Positions 33,767 to 47,354 of a stretch of 64,000 bases of DNA are shown here, piece after piece (position 1 is the stretch's first letter; the number at the start of each line of letters is the position of its first letter). Origin of the DNA: Eledone cirrhosa (taxonomy: Eukaryota); contig OZ024741.1 in the NCBI GenBank assembly GCA_964016885.1, positions 235,972,001 to 236,036,000 on the forward strand. The letters run 5' to 3'. A program made the translations under genes and the position numbers. Below the pieces are notes generated by a model. The model was not told where the DNA came from and ran no database searches. It saw only the letters and a list, made by a program, of their open reading frames with translations.

Positions 33767-35870
33767 TAGCTCCTCTACTGATTCTGCTATAAGAACCAGA
33801 TCGTCAGCATAGAGAAGTTCCCGTGGACAGCCAGTCTGAAACTCCTCCGTTATGGCTTGGAGGACTATAATGAACAAGAGCTGGTTGAGGACCAAACCTT
33901 GATGTACTCTTACTTGTATGTGGAATTCCTCACTAAACTCCATTCCTACCCTGACTTTACTGACAGCACCTCTGTACAAAGTTTGCACTGTCCTCACGAG
34001 CCATTCCTCAACACCTAGTTTCCTTAGGGACCACCAGATGACAGATCGGGGGTACCCTATCAAAGGCCGTCTCTAGGTCAACAAAGGCTAAGTATAGTGG
34101 CTTATTCTTCTCTAAGAACCTCTCTTGTAATTGTCTCACCAAGAAGAAGGCATCTGTTGTACTTTTCCCAAGCACAAAACCAAACTGCATCTCATCTAGT
34201 TTGACCCTTTCTCTAATTAGTTGTGCTAATATCCTTTCTGCCACTTTCATAACCTGATCCATCAGTTTTATACCCCTATAATTGTTCCTCTCCAGAGCAT
34301 CCCCTTTACCTTTGTAGCAATTTATGAGAATACTGCTGCACCAGTCTTTGAGTATGACACCACCATATATAGCCTGATTGATGATGCATACAATCAGTTT
34401 AGTGCCTACGTCCCCTGATGCCTTCAGCATCACAGCAACTATCCCCGACGGTGCAGCAGCCTTTCCATTTTTCATTTCCTTAATCGCCTCTTGGACCCTA
34501 TATTTGTCAATCTCAATAGCTGGTCCCTCTGTCGGATCTACTGAGGGTAATTTCTCTCTCCTATTCATTCTCCACATTCATCAGTCTCTCATAATGACAT
34601 TTCCAGGCCTCCTTTTTCTGATCATTCAGCATCATTCCGGACACATTTATCTCCAACAACATCCTGATTTGCATTGACACACTGCCTTGCAATGTGGAAC
34701 ACCGCACACCTCTGATCTTCCCGTCGCAGAACATTGGCAAACCTCCCACTCTCAGCCTCCCTGCGTGCTAAGTACACCTGACGTCTAGCTTCTCTTTTAG
34801 CGGCTGTATATCCTTCTCTACTCCCACCATTTTTCCAAGCCTTCCATGCTAGTCTTTTGTCTCTAATGGCCCTATCTACTGTGTTGTTCCACCACCAGGT
34901 CACTCTCTGTCTGGTTGGATCTCTGCTCCAGCCACAAGTTTCATCAGTAGCCTGCAGTAAGTTGTCACGTAAGAAATTCCAGTTATTATCTATGTCATAC
35001 GACTCTAAATCGTCTTCTTTTTCGTCATACACATCTTGAAGGGGTTTCCGAAATTTGTATTTTAGTGAAAGGTCTTTTAGCTTCCAGACCTTTATTCTCC
35101 ACACCTTCCTGTATGTCTCATTCCATCCCTTGCTTACTGAGATGTCACTAACGACTAACCTATGCTGTGGGGTACATTCTTCCCCAGGGTATGCCTTGGT
35201 ATTTGACACCATCTGCCTGTCCCACTGCCTAACTAGTAAGAAGTCAATCTGGCTTATGTGCTCGCCTAATTTGTAGGTTATTAGGTGGTTGGCAGGTTTC
35301 TGGAAGTTAGTGTTGCAAATAGTCAGTGTACTTGCATCACAAAATTCAAGAAGTCTCACTCCTTCATATCTTGAGCCGTAACCGTGCCCACCATGTACGC
35401 CAGTGTAACCATCCTGGAGCTGTCCAACATGACCATTGAAGTCCCCTGCTAGCATAACGATGTCTCCGTCCTCTGTCATTGCGGCTGTTTGTAAAAGTTG
35501 CTCGTAAAAGCAGTATTTCTCTTCTTTGCCTAGGCCTGATTGGGGAGCATAGGCAGAGATGATTGTCAGTAGTCTCCTGCCTACAACTAATCTAAGCTTA
35601 ATTATTCGATTATTAACTCGAACTACCTCTATTGTGTTATTGATCCATCTCTCAGCCAGGAAAATGCCTACTCCCCCTAACCCATCATCCTTACCTACCC
35701 AGAAAAGCTTATAGCTAATACGCTTGCCTGCGACTAGTCTCGCAGAAGCACCTCTCCATCTCAGCTCTTGCACGCAGCACACATCCACCTGCCTTCTCTC
35801 CAGCATCTCCACCTATTTCACCAGATCTACCTGTGAGAGTGCCAACATTAAGTGTTGCAACTCTGAGATG
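33767..35870 (-). mobile_element. Second RTE subfamily relic: endonuclease from its N-terminus through RT YADD, 3'-truncated
   Basis: LRVATLNVGTL, CCVQELRW, SAYAPQ, GDFNGHVG, IDFLL, PQHRLV, NYRGIKL, LYADDL. Confidence 0.93.
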
Positions 35871-36599
35871 CGACGTCTTCATATTTTTGTTGTTCCTATA
35901 TATTTGTTGCTGTGCTCATAATTGTTTTGGCATTGATACACTGGTTGGATGCCCTTCTTAACTCCAGTGCCACTTTACAGCATGGACTGGGTGCTTTTAT
36001 TTTGCCACCAGCACTAGAGAGGATGTCTTACTGGACTCATGGGCCTTCTCTACCCCGCCATTTTACAGCATGGTCATAACAAAGAAAAAAAAACAAAAAA
36101 AAAACACCACTTATTGACACTCACGGCACACACACTCACTCACACACCAACACTCATGTATACAAACACACACACACACGCACATATATTACCGTCAGTA
36201 CTGATACAAGATCATGTCAACTGTTGACTTTTACAGTTCAGTATTTTTATAATAATAATAATTGTTTGCTTTACAACATAGAGCAACGGCCCTCCACTCT
36301 CCGGGCCCCAAAACAAGGCACCAGCAATGCGCTGGGACAATTGCTGCCCCGTGCCAAGAACAGAATAGTTCTTTACTATTATTATACTTGTTTTCTTCTT
36401 CTTAAGGCCTGATCGCTGGTGATGGTGGTGATGGTGGATGATGTCAGTGATGGTGATGGCAGTTGTTGTTGTCGTTGCCCTCACCCTGATACACATGCCT
36501 GCCCAACCCACGCATACAGGCTTAAAAGCTGGGATCACTCTACATCTGATCTCCCACAATGCCGTTATCACAACAAAAGGGATTAAGTCCACTCTGTAT

Positions 36600-36860
36600 G
36601 CTGATCCTGTGCCACAACAAAAGCACCCAGTCCAGCCTGTAAGGTGGTCATGATGCTGTAACGAGAAAAAGTACCCAGTGCACTCTGTAAGGTGGTCGTG
36701 TTGGGGGCCATGATAAAAAGCACCCAGTCTACACTGTAACATGGTTGGCATTAGGAAAGGCATCCAGCTATAGAAACCAAGTCATACTACAGATCTGTAT
36801 GAGCATGACACTTCTAACCCATGCAAGCATGGAAAATGTATGTTACACGATGATGATGAT
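36600..36860 (+). mobile_element. Old RTE-3'UTR-derived repeat with three tandem aaaagcacccagt...ctgtaa units and (GAT)n tail
   Basis: Same unit and tail as the RTE UTR; related pieces at ~35940 (-), ~42570 (-) and ~54560-54835 (+). Confidence 0.7.
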
Positions 36861-37022
36861 ATATGTGTATTAGGGTAACAGTTCTCAAACTGACAATATT
36901 CATCCCTCCACCTCCCCTCCAATATTAGTGAATTTCTTTGCCTTGTTTATTAAGTAGAGTTATAGTATATAGCATTGTAATTGAATTATAGCTATAAAGT
37001 AAGACCTTTATTTTATTAAATA

Positions 37023-38057
37023 CTAGCTGCAGGACCTGGCGTTGCACAGGGTAGGAAACTTGAAATAGCAACACGCATATGCAAAGATTGAGGAATGTAG
37101 CTGTGTACTTTTTGAATTCCCTTATTCTCAGAGAATGATTGTTCATCTACAGCAGGCCCGAATCATGAAACATCTGCATGCATGTGCAAAATCTGAAGAA
37201 AATCAGCTGGATACTCTTTAAGCGTACTAAATCTTAGAGTATGATTTTTCTTCCATTTGGAGAAAATCGGTTAGGTACTTTTCGAGTTTTATAGATTCGC
37301 ATCCAGTCATCCGGACAGACATCAGCTGAAAGAGCGACGTAGTCAATTATGTGAAAACCAAGTAGGGATGTATGTTTAAGCAGGGATATTGAGATGACGA
37401 AGTCAGCGTGGCAACGCAGCTGCAGCAGCAAGGGGTCATAGTGCAATTAGCACAAACGCTGGGCGGCACTGGTTGCACTGCATTTACACAGCAACAAAGG
37501 TGCAACAAAAGGGGTCTTAGTAGAAGTAGCACAGACGTGAGTTTTACGGTGTCAATAACATGGCAACGTACACAGGATTTGAGCGTGATGAAAGCACGAA
37601 GCGTCAACAGGGCGGCGAGAAAAATTTTAAGGTCGTCCTCATTTCCTCAATTCGAAAATGGTCCTGCTTAAAGTAAGTGTTGTGTCCTCTGTTAAATAAA
37701 CCAAATTTTTAACGAAATCTTATACACTACTTATGATGTTTAAGCAGCGTTTATATTGAAAATGAAAATGGCATGTAATACGCAATGCTAATTCGTAAAT
37801 TTCCTAGAAACCATTAATGGATCGGAATTTTTATTTTGTTCACAGCAATGCGAGGAGACTAACTGTGTGCTGCAAATTTCGAGGAAATCGGCTGGATTAT
37901 CTTTAAGTTACGCCTAAAAAAAAACCTAAAAATGACTAAAAAATGTTTTTTTCAAGAAATATAAGTAACACATGTGTAAAGTTTGAAAAAATTTGGTTGG
38001 GTACTTCTCAAGTTTTAGGGATTTACACAGAGAGACATCCTCTGTTTCATATATAGA
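37023..38057 (-). mobile_element. Non-autonomous Helitron-like element
   Basis: Minus strand begins TCTATATAT and ends in GC hairpin CCCTG-tgcaacgc-CAGG, then CTAG followed by T; four internal aaa(t)ttg...aaaatcgg-like subrepeats. Confidence 0.65.
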
Positions 38058-40144
38058 GAGGTGATAATTTACCTTGCCTTTTCAATCCTTACAGCATCTA
38101 CCCCCATATTATGAGAAACAATATATTAATGAATTATTGTTTCTGTGTTGTAAATATAGTGCAGAATGGCCTATTGAGTTTCATAGTGGACTACCATGCT
38201 CAAGCTCTAGAGACCAGATTCATTGTGTCTTTCAAGAAAATATTTTATTTTTGAGTGTCCTAGTTTGTCATGCAAGAGAGTATGTATAAAATTACTTGTG
38301 AGATGAGATTTGTCTCACACCTGAATAAACCTATGGAAACCAGAATTTCTAAAGCAAGGTGCAAAAGGAGAGATGACATTGTGAACAACTGGGTGGTGTT
38401 AAGTTACTTTTTCTTCTTCTGAGGATTAGGGGTCTAATTCTCATTTATATTCCCATGAAATCAGATGAACTGAGATTATAGATCACAGCCTTTTCACTAT
38501 TAAGGAACCTTTTGAATGAATTCTCCCACATGTCCTCTCTTAAACCGATTGTATTAACTAACAACAAACTTTTTCAGTTGCCTCTCAATTGAAAGATATA
38601 TGTAACTGAATATTCATTAAGTGGTAGTATTAAACAAAAGAATTTACTTTTTAATGATTTGGTTTTTCAATTGCAGACAGTTTTTAGCATAGATTAGATC
38701 CTAAAAAGTTTCTAAAAATATTAGACTATTCATGTTGATTTGGAAACAATTTCAAAATGTTTAAAGTATATTTTTACCAACTTTATTTTGAGTGCTTTGT
38801 CATCATCATCATTGTTTAACATCCATTCTCTCTTCTTGCAAGGTTTGTACAATCTCTTGAAATTTTGAACTTAGCTCACTGATCTTCATGACTACCTTTG
38901 TGAACCCCAGGAGTCTGGAGACCCAAACTTTGATACTATTGATATAGATGCCCCATTGACTGGCAATTTGATGTGGAGTAAAGAGGAAGGCACAGTTAAT
39001 AATAAAAATAGCTCTGTGTTTGACTGGTATTTAGGTGGGTAGGGGACAGTCAATTGAATCAACCCTCACCCTCTGTATTTGATTGGTGTTTTGTGGGAAT
39101 CACAGTTAATTTAATCAGTCTTCCAGTATTTAACTGGTAATTAATTAGTTTATTGACCCTGGCAGTATGAAAGTGGAGTTTGGCAAGATTTAAACCCAGA
39201 ATATAAAGGGCTGTAAGTAAATACCATAAAACATTTTGTTAGATGCTCTACCAATTTTTGACATCCTTTGCTCTTTCTCCTTGGCATTTACCAGCTAGTT
39301 GGTGAATGGGGCCACTGGCAGTACTAGAATGAAATTTGAATTCTTCAGCTGTTAGCCATGCACTTTAATGACAAGCTGACACTGTGACAGATGTATATTC
39401 AGATTATAGATGAATGCAAGTAGTCATGACTGTAGTAGCAGCACTTTGTGACAAATCTCTTGCGCTGACCAATAGATTGAGTAAAATTTGTTAGATAGAA
39501 TCTGAGACTGTTGTTTGTTTAAACCATCATTTTTGTGGTGGATTAAATATATCACTATTTTAACAACACCACCTGATCGTTGTGTGTATTTTACCCTTTT
39601 GATATCAACCCATCCATGCTTCTAACTCACCCATTTTGAAGGATTCTTGTTTAAATTAAAATTTCACAACATAATTTCATATAAAGAACCTTTTGTTAAG
39701 TTATATCACAAATAATGAAATAATAATTTTGGTAAATCCCCCTAAATTTTTTATAAATTAATTGAAATGCAATGTATTTCATTAGCAATATATATGTTTT
39801 GAGGATAATTCCCTACTCCACCAATCTTGAGGTTCTGAAAAGGCTATTGTTGCTGTCCTTCCACATAAAAAATTAGCCATAAAGTGAATTACAATTTAAA
39901 AAAATACCTTGCAGTAGTTATGTCCAGCCAAGTTATCTCCCCTTGCACTAATGTCCAATTTGCATTTCATATCTTATGAGATTAATGAAATACATACCAA
40001 AGTACTGCAGTGGATATAGCTGGAAAAAAATCCTTCAGAGGTGTTACTTCAGCATGAGCATAGTCCAATGACTGCAACCAGTAAGAGAAGAATTTATTAT
40101 AATACATAGAGGTGAAACATTTGGTGAGTTGATATATATGACAC

Positions 40145-40375
40145 ATTTTGCCCCTACATTTGTAGAAGTGATGTCCAGGACAGAATATCTGATACATCTG
40201 GAGGTGGTATCTAATACAGTAGTTGTCATATTTTGTCATTACATCTGGAGATGGTATCCAGGTCAATCTGTGTTAAATCTTGCCACTACATCTGGGGGAG
40301 GTATCTCAGACAGTATATTTTACATTTCATCACTACATCTGTTGTGGTGATATCCCAGACAGCCTAATGTTACAT
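40145..40375. repeat. Degenerate 47-bp minisatellite (about 5 units)
   Basis: tacatctg core at 40193, 40240, 40287, 40334, plus a partial unit at 40155. Confidence 0.8.
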
Positions 40376-40779
40376 TATTGCACCTTGCCACACCATATAT
40401 AACTACAGTTGCTACATAGCTTTCCTATGTACAAGTTCATTATTATATTTTTTCATACACAGAGCCTTGTTAGCCAAGCATTATAACAAATGCTTTCCCA
40501 TGTACAAACACACAAATATGTCATAACTGTTCATTGCATATTTGCCAACCATCAAACATGATGTAGAGGTAGGTTGACTGAGTGGATAATGCATTTGACT
40601 ACCTAATCACAGGTTGTTGTTGTGTTTCTGGGGCGAACATTATATTCTACATTACATTAGTTCGTTTAGCTGTCTGTTGGAATAGATGCCACATCATTTG
40701 GGAATGTGACCTTTAATAGACTGTTGTCTTATCCATGTAAAAATTTATTTCATCAGAATACTACATTCTAATAGTTTAC

Positions 40780-40983
40780 TTAATCCTTTTATTAACATAT
40801 TTCTAATGAAATATACTGTATTTGAATTAATGAAGAATTTGGAAGGATTTACTAAAATTAATATTACATTATAATGGTATTTAACAAATTATGTTGGAAT
40901 GTTTTGATTTTAATATGAACCCTTTTAAATCTGTGATTTTGTTTCATAGACAGCTGTGGGCAAGTTAGTATCAAAAGAGTTAA
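40780..40983. mobile_element. TTAA-flanked MITE, piggyBac-like
   Basis: ttaa-tcctttt...aaaagag-ttaa; related copies at 46023-46250, ~48650-48878 and ~39590-39800. Confidence 0.6.
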
Positions 40984-41520
40984 CTATGTCAAGGGAATGC
41001 CAGATTATTTTGGGAATGTTACATGTGATAGATGGTATCTTACCCAGGTAAAGATATACCTCCTATCCCAGTTACCTTAGCTCTCAGTGGGACTAGGTAC
41101 CAGATTATCCATGGAATGTGACCTGTGATAGTGTCTTATCCAGGTGGATATTTATCCTATCCTCTCTGTTGTGTTTCTGGACACAACACTATACTCTGTT
41201 ACTATAGTACACTTTGTTCATCATCTAAGAATGTCTGCTGTGTTAGTCTAGAATCTTATCCAGGTAGAGATGTATCTCTCATCCTCTCTGAGGATTATAT
41301 ATCAGACAATCTGAAGAGTGTTACCTGTTGCACTCAGCCAGGGCCTACAATAACAAAACCACCTTTCTCTACTGCCTGAACAGGAAACATTAGGCCTTTC
41401 TTGCAGACACCACAGACCCTCACTTCACTTATATTATGGAAGAGCATATTATCCAGGGGAAGATGTATGTAGTATCCACTTGCACTTGTGTCTTTAGATT
41501 CTGAATTTTACTTGACCTCT

Positions 41521-41643
41521 AATAATTGTTTCTACTTTTTTGGCACAAGGCCAGCAATTACCCAGTGCATTACTGGTACTTTATTTTATCGACCCCGTAA
41601 GGATGAAAGGTAAAGTTAACCTCGGCGGGATTTGAACTCAGAA
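41521..41643 (-). mobile_element. Abundant tRNA-derived SINE (ctttcatcctt..ggggtcgataaaata-agtaccag family), partial
   Basis: B box tgagttcaaatcc plus a conserved central motif; many copies (~3410, 47360, 47580, 48110, 57335, 62715, 63875). Confidence 0.75.
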
Positions 41644-44600
41644 TAATGGACTAGCATCTTATGCAGGGGAAGATCTATCTCCATCATACACTGAGCCAAA
41701 GGACTGGGCTGTTATGAACCTCATTGCTGGCTTCACTATTTTACTCATTCCATCCAGTAGGCTGTGACCATACGGGAGATTACACGACATGTACATTTTA
41801 CATTACAAGTGGTAGATGTCATTAAACACTAATTTGATGAAGATTGTATTATTTCCGGCATGATTTTGTATGTGTGTGTAGGGGTCACAAAAAAATTGGA
41901 AGTTGTGGTATTCCAGCTTTTCTCATAAACAATTTTCCAGCCAAGAATTTATGAGATAATCACAAGTTTATGTTTACTAAAAGCTTTTGCAGCTGTTGTA
42001 GGAGCCTTTATTGGGTAAAAAATGCTGCTAGAAATAGCAGTAACATCTTCAGATCAAACCCTACTGTCTTCAGAAAGGTAAGACACATTAGACAATATAG
42101 ATATAAGAAAAGATAGGTTGGTCATGGTTGGAATACTTTTGATCATAGGCCTGCTGATTCAGAGAACTAAACTAACACTCCTAATAGATACACATATGCA
42201 TCTCTGTTGTGATACTTTTTTTCTCCATAAATAAACATACATATGTATGTATACATTATCACCATTATTATAATCGTCATCATTGTATTTTCCATGCAAG
42301 TATGTATTTGACACCCTTCTCTAGCATAGCCTTTTGCAGTCTCTTGTCATCATCTTTCTGAGATCATCCTGTACTACTTCCTCAGCCTTCATCTTCCACT
42401 GGTTCCTTCCATTTCAATTCTTTTGTACTTCTTTACCCATCTGGCGTCATATGTCTGCACCAGTGCAGTCTTATTTCTTGCTCACTATAGCTGATTCCTC
42501 TTACCTCATTTGTGCCATGCTGTTAGTGTATGCCTATGTGTAATATGTGTGTGTGTGTGTGTGTGTGTAACATCTATTTTCCATGTTTGCATGGGTTAGT
42601 CAGGTTGTCATGTCATCAGATGACCACATCTTGCTCATATGATCCAGTTTTAGCTTTATTTTCTATGGCTGGGAGCTTTCCTCATGGCACCAATACATAC
42701 ACACACAATCAGAGAGTTGTGTTAATTGTGGCTTACCACTAAAGAACTGGTCTCTGTGTAGTGAATCCATAAAGCTTATGAATGGCTATGTTTCCCATAA
42801 ACTTGGAAATGATATTAACATGAAGTGTAGCCTGTCTTATTTTGAATGTGGTTTTTTGCAATAAAAGAGCAGTAGATAGCTACAAAATATCTTATGAACA
42901 AAAGGGACAGTGAAACCCTTAACCTAATCACCGATGTGACTGAAAATGTCAATTATGTCACATTTCTGTGGAAGGTATTAAACAAGGGGTCAGCAGCTAT
43001 CTAAAAATACCAAGGTACCACCATCTAATGTGGTGTAATGTTACTAAAACAATATAGAATGCCATCTATAGGAAAACCTGTCCTCCTCTGAAACAGCAGA
43101 GTTTGCTATTCCTCACTCTCTTAATATGAGATGCAACCTTATAGGAGATTAGCTAAACCTATGTAGATTGAACTGTAACAATAGTCATCTTAAGCTCACA
43201 AGTATACACACATGCACAACCCACCTAATCTCAACAATCCAGCGAGGAAGACTTTATATAGCCATTCAACCTGCTAGAAAAAGTCACTATATTTTTATCA
43301 AAAAAACACTCTAACCATCTTTAAAATGAAAGGATATATGTGATAATGTTTTGTATTTTAATTTTTTCTCTGTTCCATCATATGTGGAGTTTCTTTAAAT
43401 TTCTTTTGTTTTATATATTTCAGACCTCTGTGGTCCTCTTGCTGCTAATGTGCAATGCCAGGTGAACCAGAATTTGCTCTGCTTTCATTGCTTTCATATG
43501 TGAAAGGGGCCAGAAAGAAGCCTTTATTTCTATGAGACAAAACACCAGTTATTATTCCCTCCAGCATAATTGAAATAACAAGTACCAATAATATACTGGT
43601 GCTTACAGCAAGTCAGATTTACTGATCAATTGTTAAGAGTGGGGAAAAAGATATGAACTAAACCTATTTTACAAGGAGGACTGAAATAAGAAGTTTCCAG
43701 TTTATTTCAAGAGCTGAAAGGTTTAGCATTGCAATAACTTTCTCTTGGATAAAAGTCACAAATTCTTCTTGTGTGCATCACTTCCAAGATCGACATTGTT
43801 CTACATCTCTGTTTCTCTACTGTTTTACTCGAGGTCTTAAGGACATCTCTCACCCACACCCTATGTGCACTCACCCAGTGGAGCTCTAAAATTATAATAG
43901 AACATCTTTCAGTCACATTCTAAATGCAATTTCACCCTAATGGACTCAGCACTGTACCCAATAGACACACTGAACATCTCAGAATTCCTCTCACTCAGCT
44001 GCACTCTCCACCACACTCCACTCTAATCACCTTTTGCCAATTGAATCTATTTGAATCACTATTCTGCTTTTCATCATTGAATGGGTTTTTTTCTGGGCTT
44101 ATTTGTGAACCCCCATACAAAATGAACAAACATGTTTTTAATTTAATGTTTTAGAATCATTGCTATTATTTTAACTTTGTCATTTCTTTGAAGGCCTTCT
44201 GCCTCTATCAACGCAATGGATCACGTATGATAAAACATCGTTCCTTGAGGATTTTCTTCATTTTTTACCAAATTTCACCAACATTAACACATCGACATCA
44301 CCACGTATATATATATATATATATATATACACGCATACATACTCATTCTTGCTAGAAATAAGGCTCAGTAGTTTATTTTTACATTATATTTGTCCTTGTC
44401 ATCTTTGAGCAAAAAAATAGTGTTGTGAGCACACATATACACAGGCACTGTACATCACCTGTAACAATATATTGATAGTGGTATTGATCTTGATTGAGCT
44501 GAAGTAAGCTAACAATTATAACATCATCAACAGCAACGTTATCCAAAACAGGAAACTCAAGAACAAAAGCAACAGCAACAAAGAACAAGAGATCAGCAAT

Positions 44601-44666
44601 AGAAGTGAAAGAGGAGGAGGAGGAGGTGAGTGAAAGAAAGTATTTTATGTATCTTGGAGTGGTACG

Positions 44667-45659
44667 ATGCTAATTATGGAGAAACGATTCCACTGCGAGA
44701 TTTGTGGGAAGAAATTCCTACTGAGTAAAACATTGGAGAAGCACCAGAAGACAGCACATGTCAACGACAATGTTGAGAAACTGACTGTAGCACCTTTGGT
44801 TCTACACAGACCCACCTATCAGAACCACCATCATCCTGTGAAAATACCTAACATCAGCATCAGCAACAACAACAGCAGTAGCATGGGAGGAGGGCCAGTG
44901 GCTGCTGGTGGTGTTATTGGTGGTGGTGGTGGTGGTGGCGGCGGCATGGGTATAGTTGGTGGTGGTGGTAGTACCAGTGGTCTTGGTCTCAGTGCTGGTG
45001 GTGGAAGTGGTGGTACTGCTGGTAGTGGTGGTGGGTCACTTCCTGCCAATGCCAGAGTTATGGTTAGTATCAGTGGCAACAGAGCGACTCCCCTCGTTAT
45101 GGTCAACAACACACCGGTGGCTGTAACGGAGCCAGCCGATGCCGAAACTGACCAGGATGTGGAAGCTGATGACGATGACGACGGAGATGATGATTCCTCT
45201 TCATCGGCACCATCGCCGATATCTCCTGCTGTGCCTACCCCTGCTCCACAGGCACCCGTGCCACCACAACCAGTGGCAGCGGCACCACCAGCCGCTCCCA
45301 GCGCCCCAGCCCGCTCTCGATCTACGACGTCTGCTGCGGCTCGATCGCGTGCCCGTGCAGCCGCAGCTGCAGCTATCCCCAAGTCCGACAACTCCTCCAA
45401 GCCCTACCACTGCGATGTGTGCAGCAAGCAGTTTGCCCGTCGTGGTACGCTGCGCATCCACAAGAGCACACACTCGGGGGAGAAGCCATTCCACTGTGAC
45501 ATTTGTTTGAAACACTTTGGTCAGAAGCATCACCTGAAAACACACAGACGAACTCACACTGGCGAGAAGCCATTCCAATGTGTCATATGCAGCAAGCAGT
45601 TTGCACGCAGCGATACACTGCTCAGGCACAAACGTATGCACAAGACTAGCGACAAGTGA
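44667..45659 (+). CDS. C2H2 zinc-finger protein, 330 aa: 1 N-terminal finger, Gly/acidic/Pro-Ala low-complexity linker, 3 C-terminal Kruppel-type fingers
   Basis: Intact GC-rich ORF; CEICGKKF..LEKHQKTAH; three CxxC-12-HxxxH fingers joined by SGEKPF and TGEKPF linkers. Confidence 0.93.
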   Translation: MLIMEKRFHCEICGKKFLLSKTLEKHQKTAHVNDNVEKLTVAPLVLHRPTYQNHHHPVKIPNISISNNNSSSMGGGPVAAGGVIGGGGGGGGGMGIVGGGGSTSGLGLSAGGGSGGTAGSGGGSLPANARVMVSISGNRATPLVMVNNTPVAVTEPADAETDQDVEADDDDDGDDDSSSSAPSPISPAVPTPAPQAPVPPQPVAAAPPAAPSAPARSRSTTSAAARSRARAAAAAAIPKSDNSSKPYHCDVCSKQFARRGTLRIHKSTHSGEKPFHCDICLKHFGQKHHLKTHRRTHTGEKPFQCVICSKQFARSDTLLRHKRMHKTSDK

Positions 45660-46022
45660 CAATGGTTCTTCTCTCTTTCACCCTCTCACTCACCTACACA
45701 CACATGTATACACAATCTCTCTCTCACACACACTTACATAAACAATTTCTCTCACACACAAATGAATACACACATATACAGTCCACCACACATATATACT
45801 CAATTTCTCTCGCACATATACATATACATACAATTTTTTTCTCTCTCTATCACTATCTCACACACATACACACACAATCTCTCTCTATCACTATACAAGG
45901 TTCTGATCTGATCATTTTAATAGCCCATAAGTGAGAAAGAACTCAACATTAAAAACTGAGTAGTATAAATATATTCATATCCTTATGACATGGCCAGGAT
46001 GTTTAGTAAACCATATATTTGC

Positions 46023-46250
46023 TTAACTCACTTGTTACTATATTTCTAATGAAATACACTGCTTATGATTTTCAAATAATCAAGAATTTGATGGGATTTC
46101 TCATTATTTATCTGGTGTTTGGAACATAAAAGGTTTTTACATAAAATTATGATGAAAGGTGTTTAGATAAATATAAACATTTTAAAACGAATAGCTTTGT
46201 ATTGTAAAACCAAGGACGGTTTCAGGCAGTTTTTTTATTGAAAGGGTTAA
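46023..46250. mobile_element. TTAA-flanked MITE copy
   Basis: ttaactcact...gaaagggttaa; interior matches the 40780 copy (tatttctaatgaaata-actg). Confidence 0.6.
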
Positions 46251-47354
46251 ACATTGTGGCCATATTGTGAGAATACGAATGTATAAATAAATATATATAC
46301 ACACACACACACATCATCGTTACCATTCTATATCTCCCTTTCACATGTATCTTTTGCTCACAAACACAGCCACCACCATCACATCTTCTACCCATCCCGT
46401 TGTGCAGGGTTTTTCACGCCCCAATACCTTTTGCTCCCCTCCCCCTCGTCATACTTTTTCTTTTTTTCCTTACATATGAAAAAGATTTTTTCTTTTGCAA
46501 AAGAAAGGAAAAAAATACACGGAAAAACAAAAAAAAATAACAACATCAACAAAAGTCTCCCTTTTTGTCTGAATTTTTAAAATAAAAATGAATTGAAAAT
46601 ATGATGAAATGAGAATATATATATTGTGTGTATGTATATATAATATATATATGTATATATATATTCATGCTTATGTGTGTGTATATATATATATATATAT
46701 ATACACATATATAACAAAAATACAGAAACAATATAATGACAATATAAACATTTACAACTATTACATGTTAATATGCTGAAACATGGATTTACTTTTTAAA
46801 AAAAACGAACTCGAAAGTTTTTTAATACATAAGGTGGAAAAAATGTTAATAATAATAATAATCACCACAACAAAAATAATGATTTTTTTTTTTCTTTTTC
46901 TTTTTTTTTTTTTTTTATTATTTGCCAGTCGTGAGCAATAATAATAATAATAATAACAATAATAATGAGAGTTAACAATGGCTGTGAGAGGCGAATCAAG
47001 ATAAGATAAAATAAGGTAAGGCGTGGTGGCCACTTATGAATGGACCACTTGGTACTATTACTACTACTACTACAGCCATTACGTTGTGCCACTAGGTGGG
47101 AAGACAATTATCACCCTCACTCCTCTCTCTCTCTCTCTTTCTGCATATTTGACGAAACAGTTTCCATTCCAGGAATATGGGGCAAACATTAATGTTATAA
47201 TAAATAAATAAATAATCAGAACTATTTGCTTCAAAGAAAAGAAAGACCCTCCCTGCCCTACTTCATGACAGCATGATAGAAATAGATTTGTTTTAAATCA
47301 CCAAATGAGATTTATTAAGATTATGATTATAAATTTTATTGTTTTTGTTAGGGT

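Noticed and set aside
40145-40375. CRISPR-like repeat/spacer appearance
   Set aside because: Repeats are degenerate, spacers are mutually related, the context is eukaryotic and there are no cas genes
44831-45662. Antisense or alternate-frame ORFs over the ZNF (also over the RTE and CRE elements)
   Set aside because: Shadows of GC-rich coding sequence with no motifs
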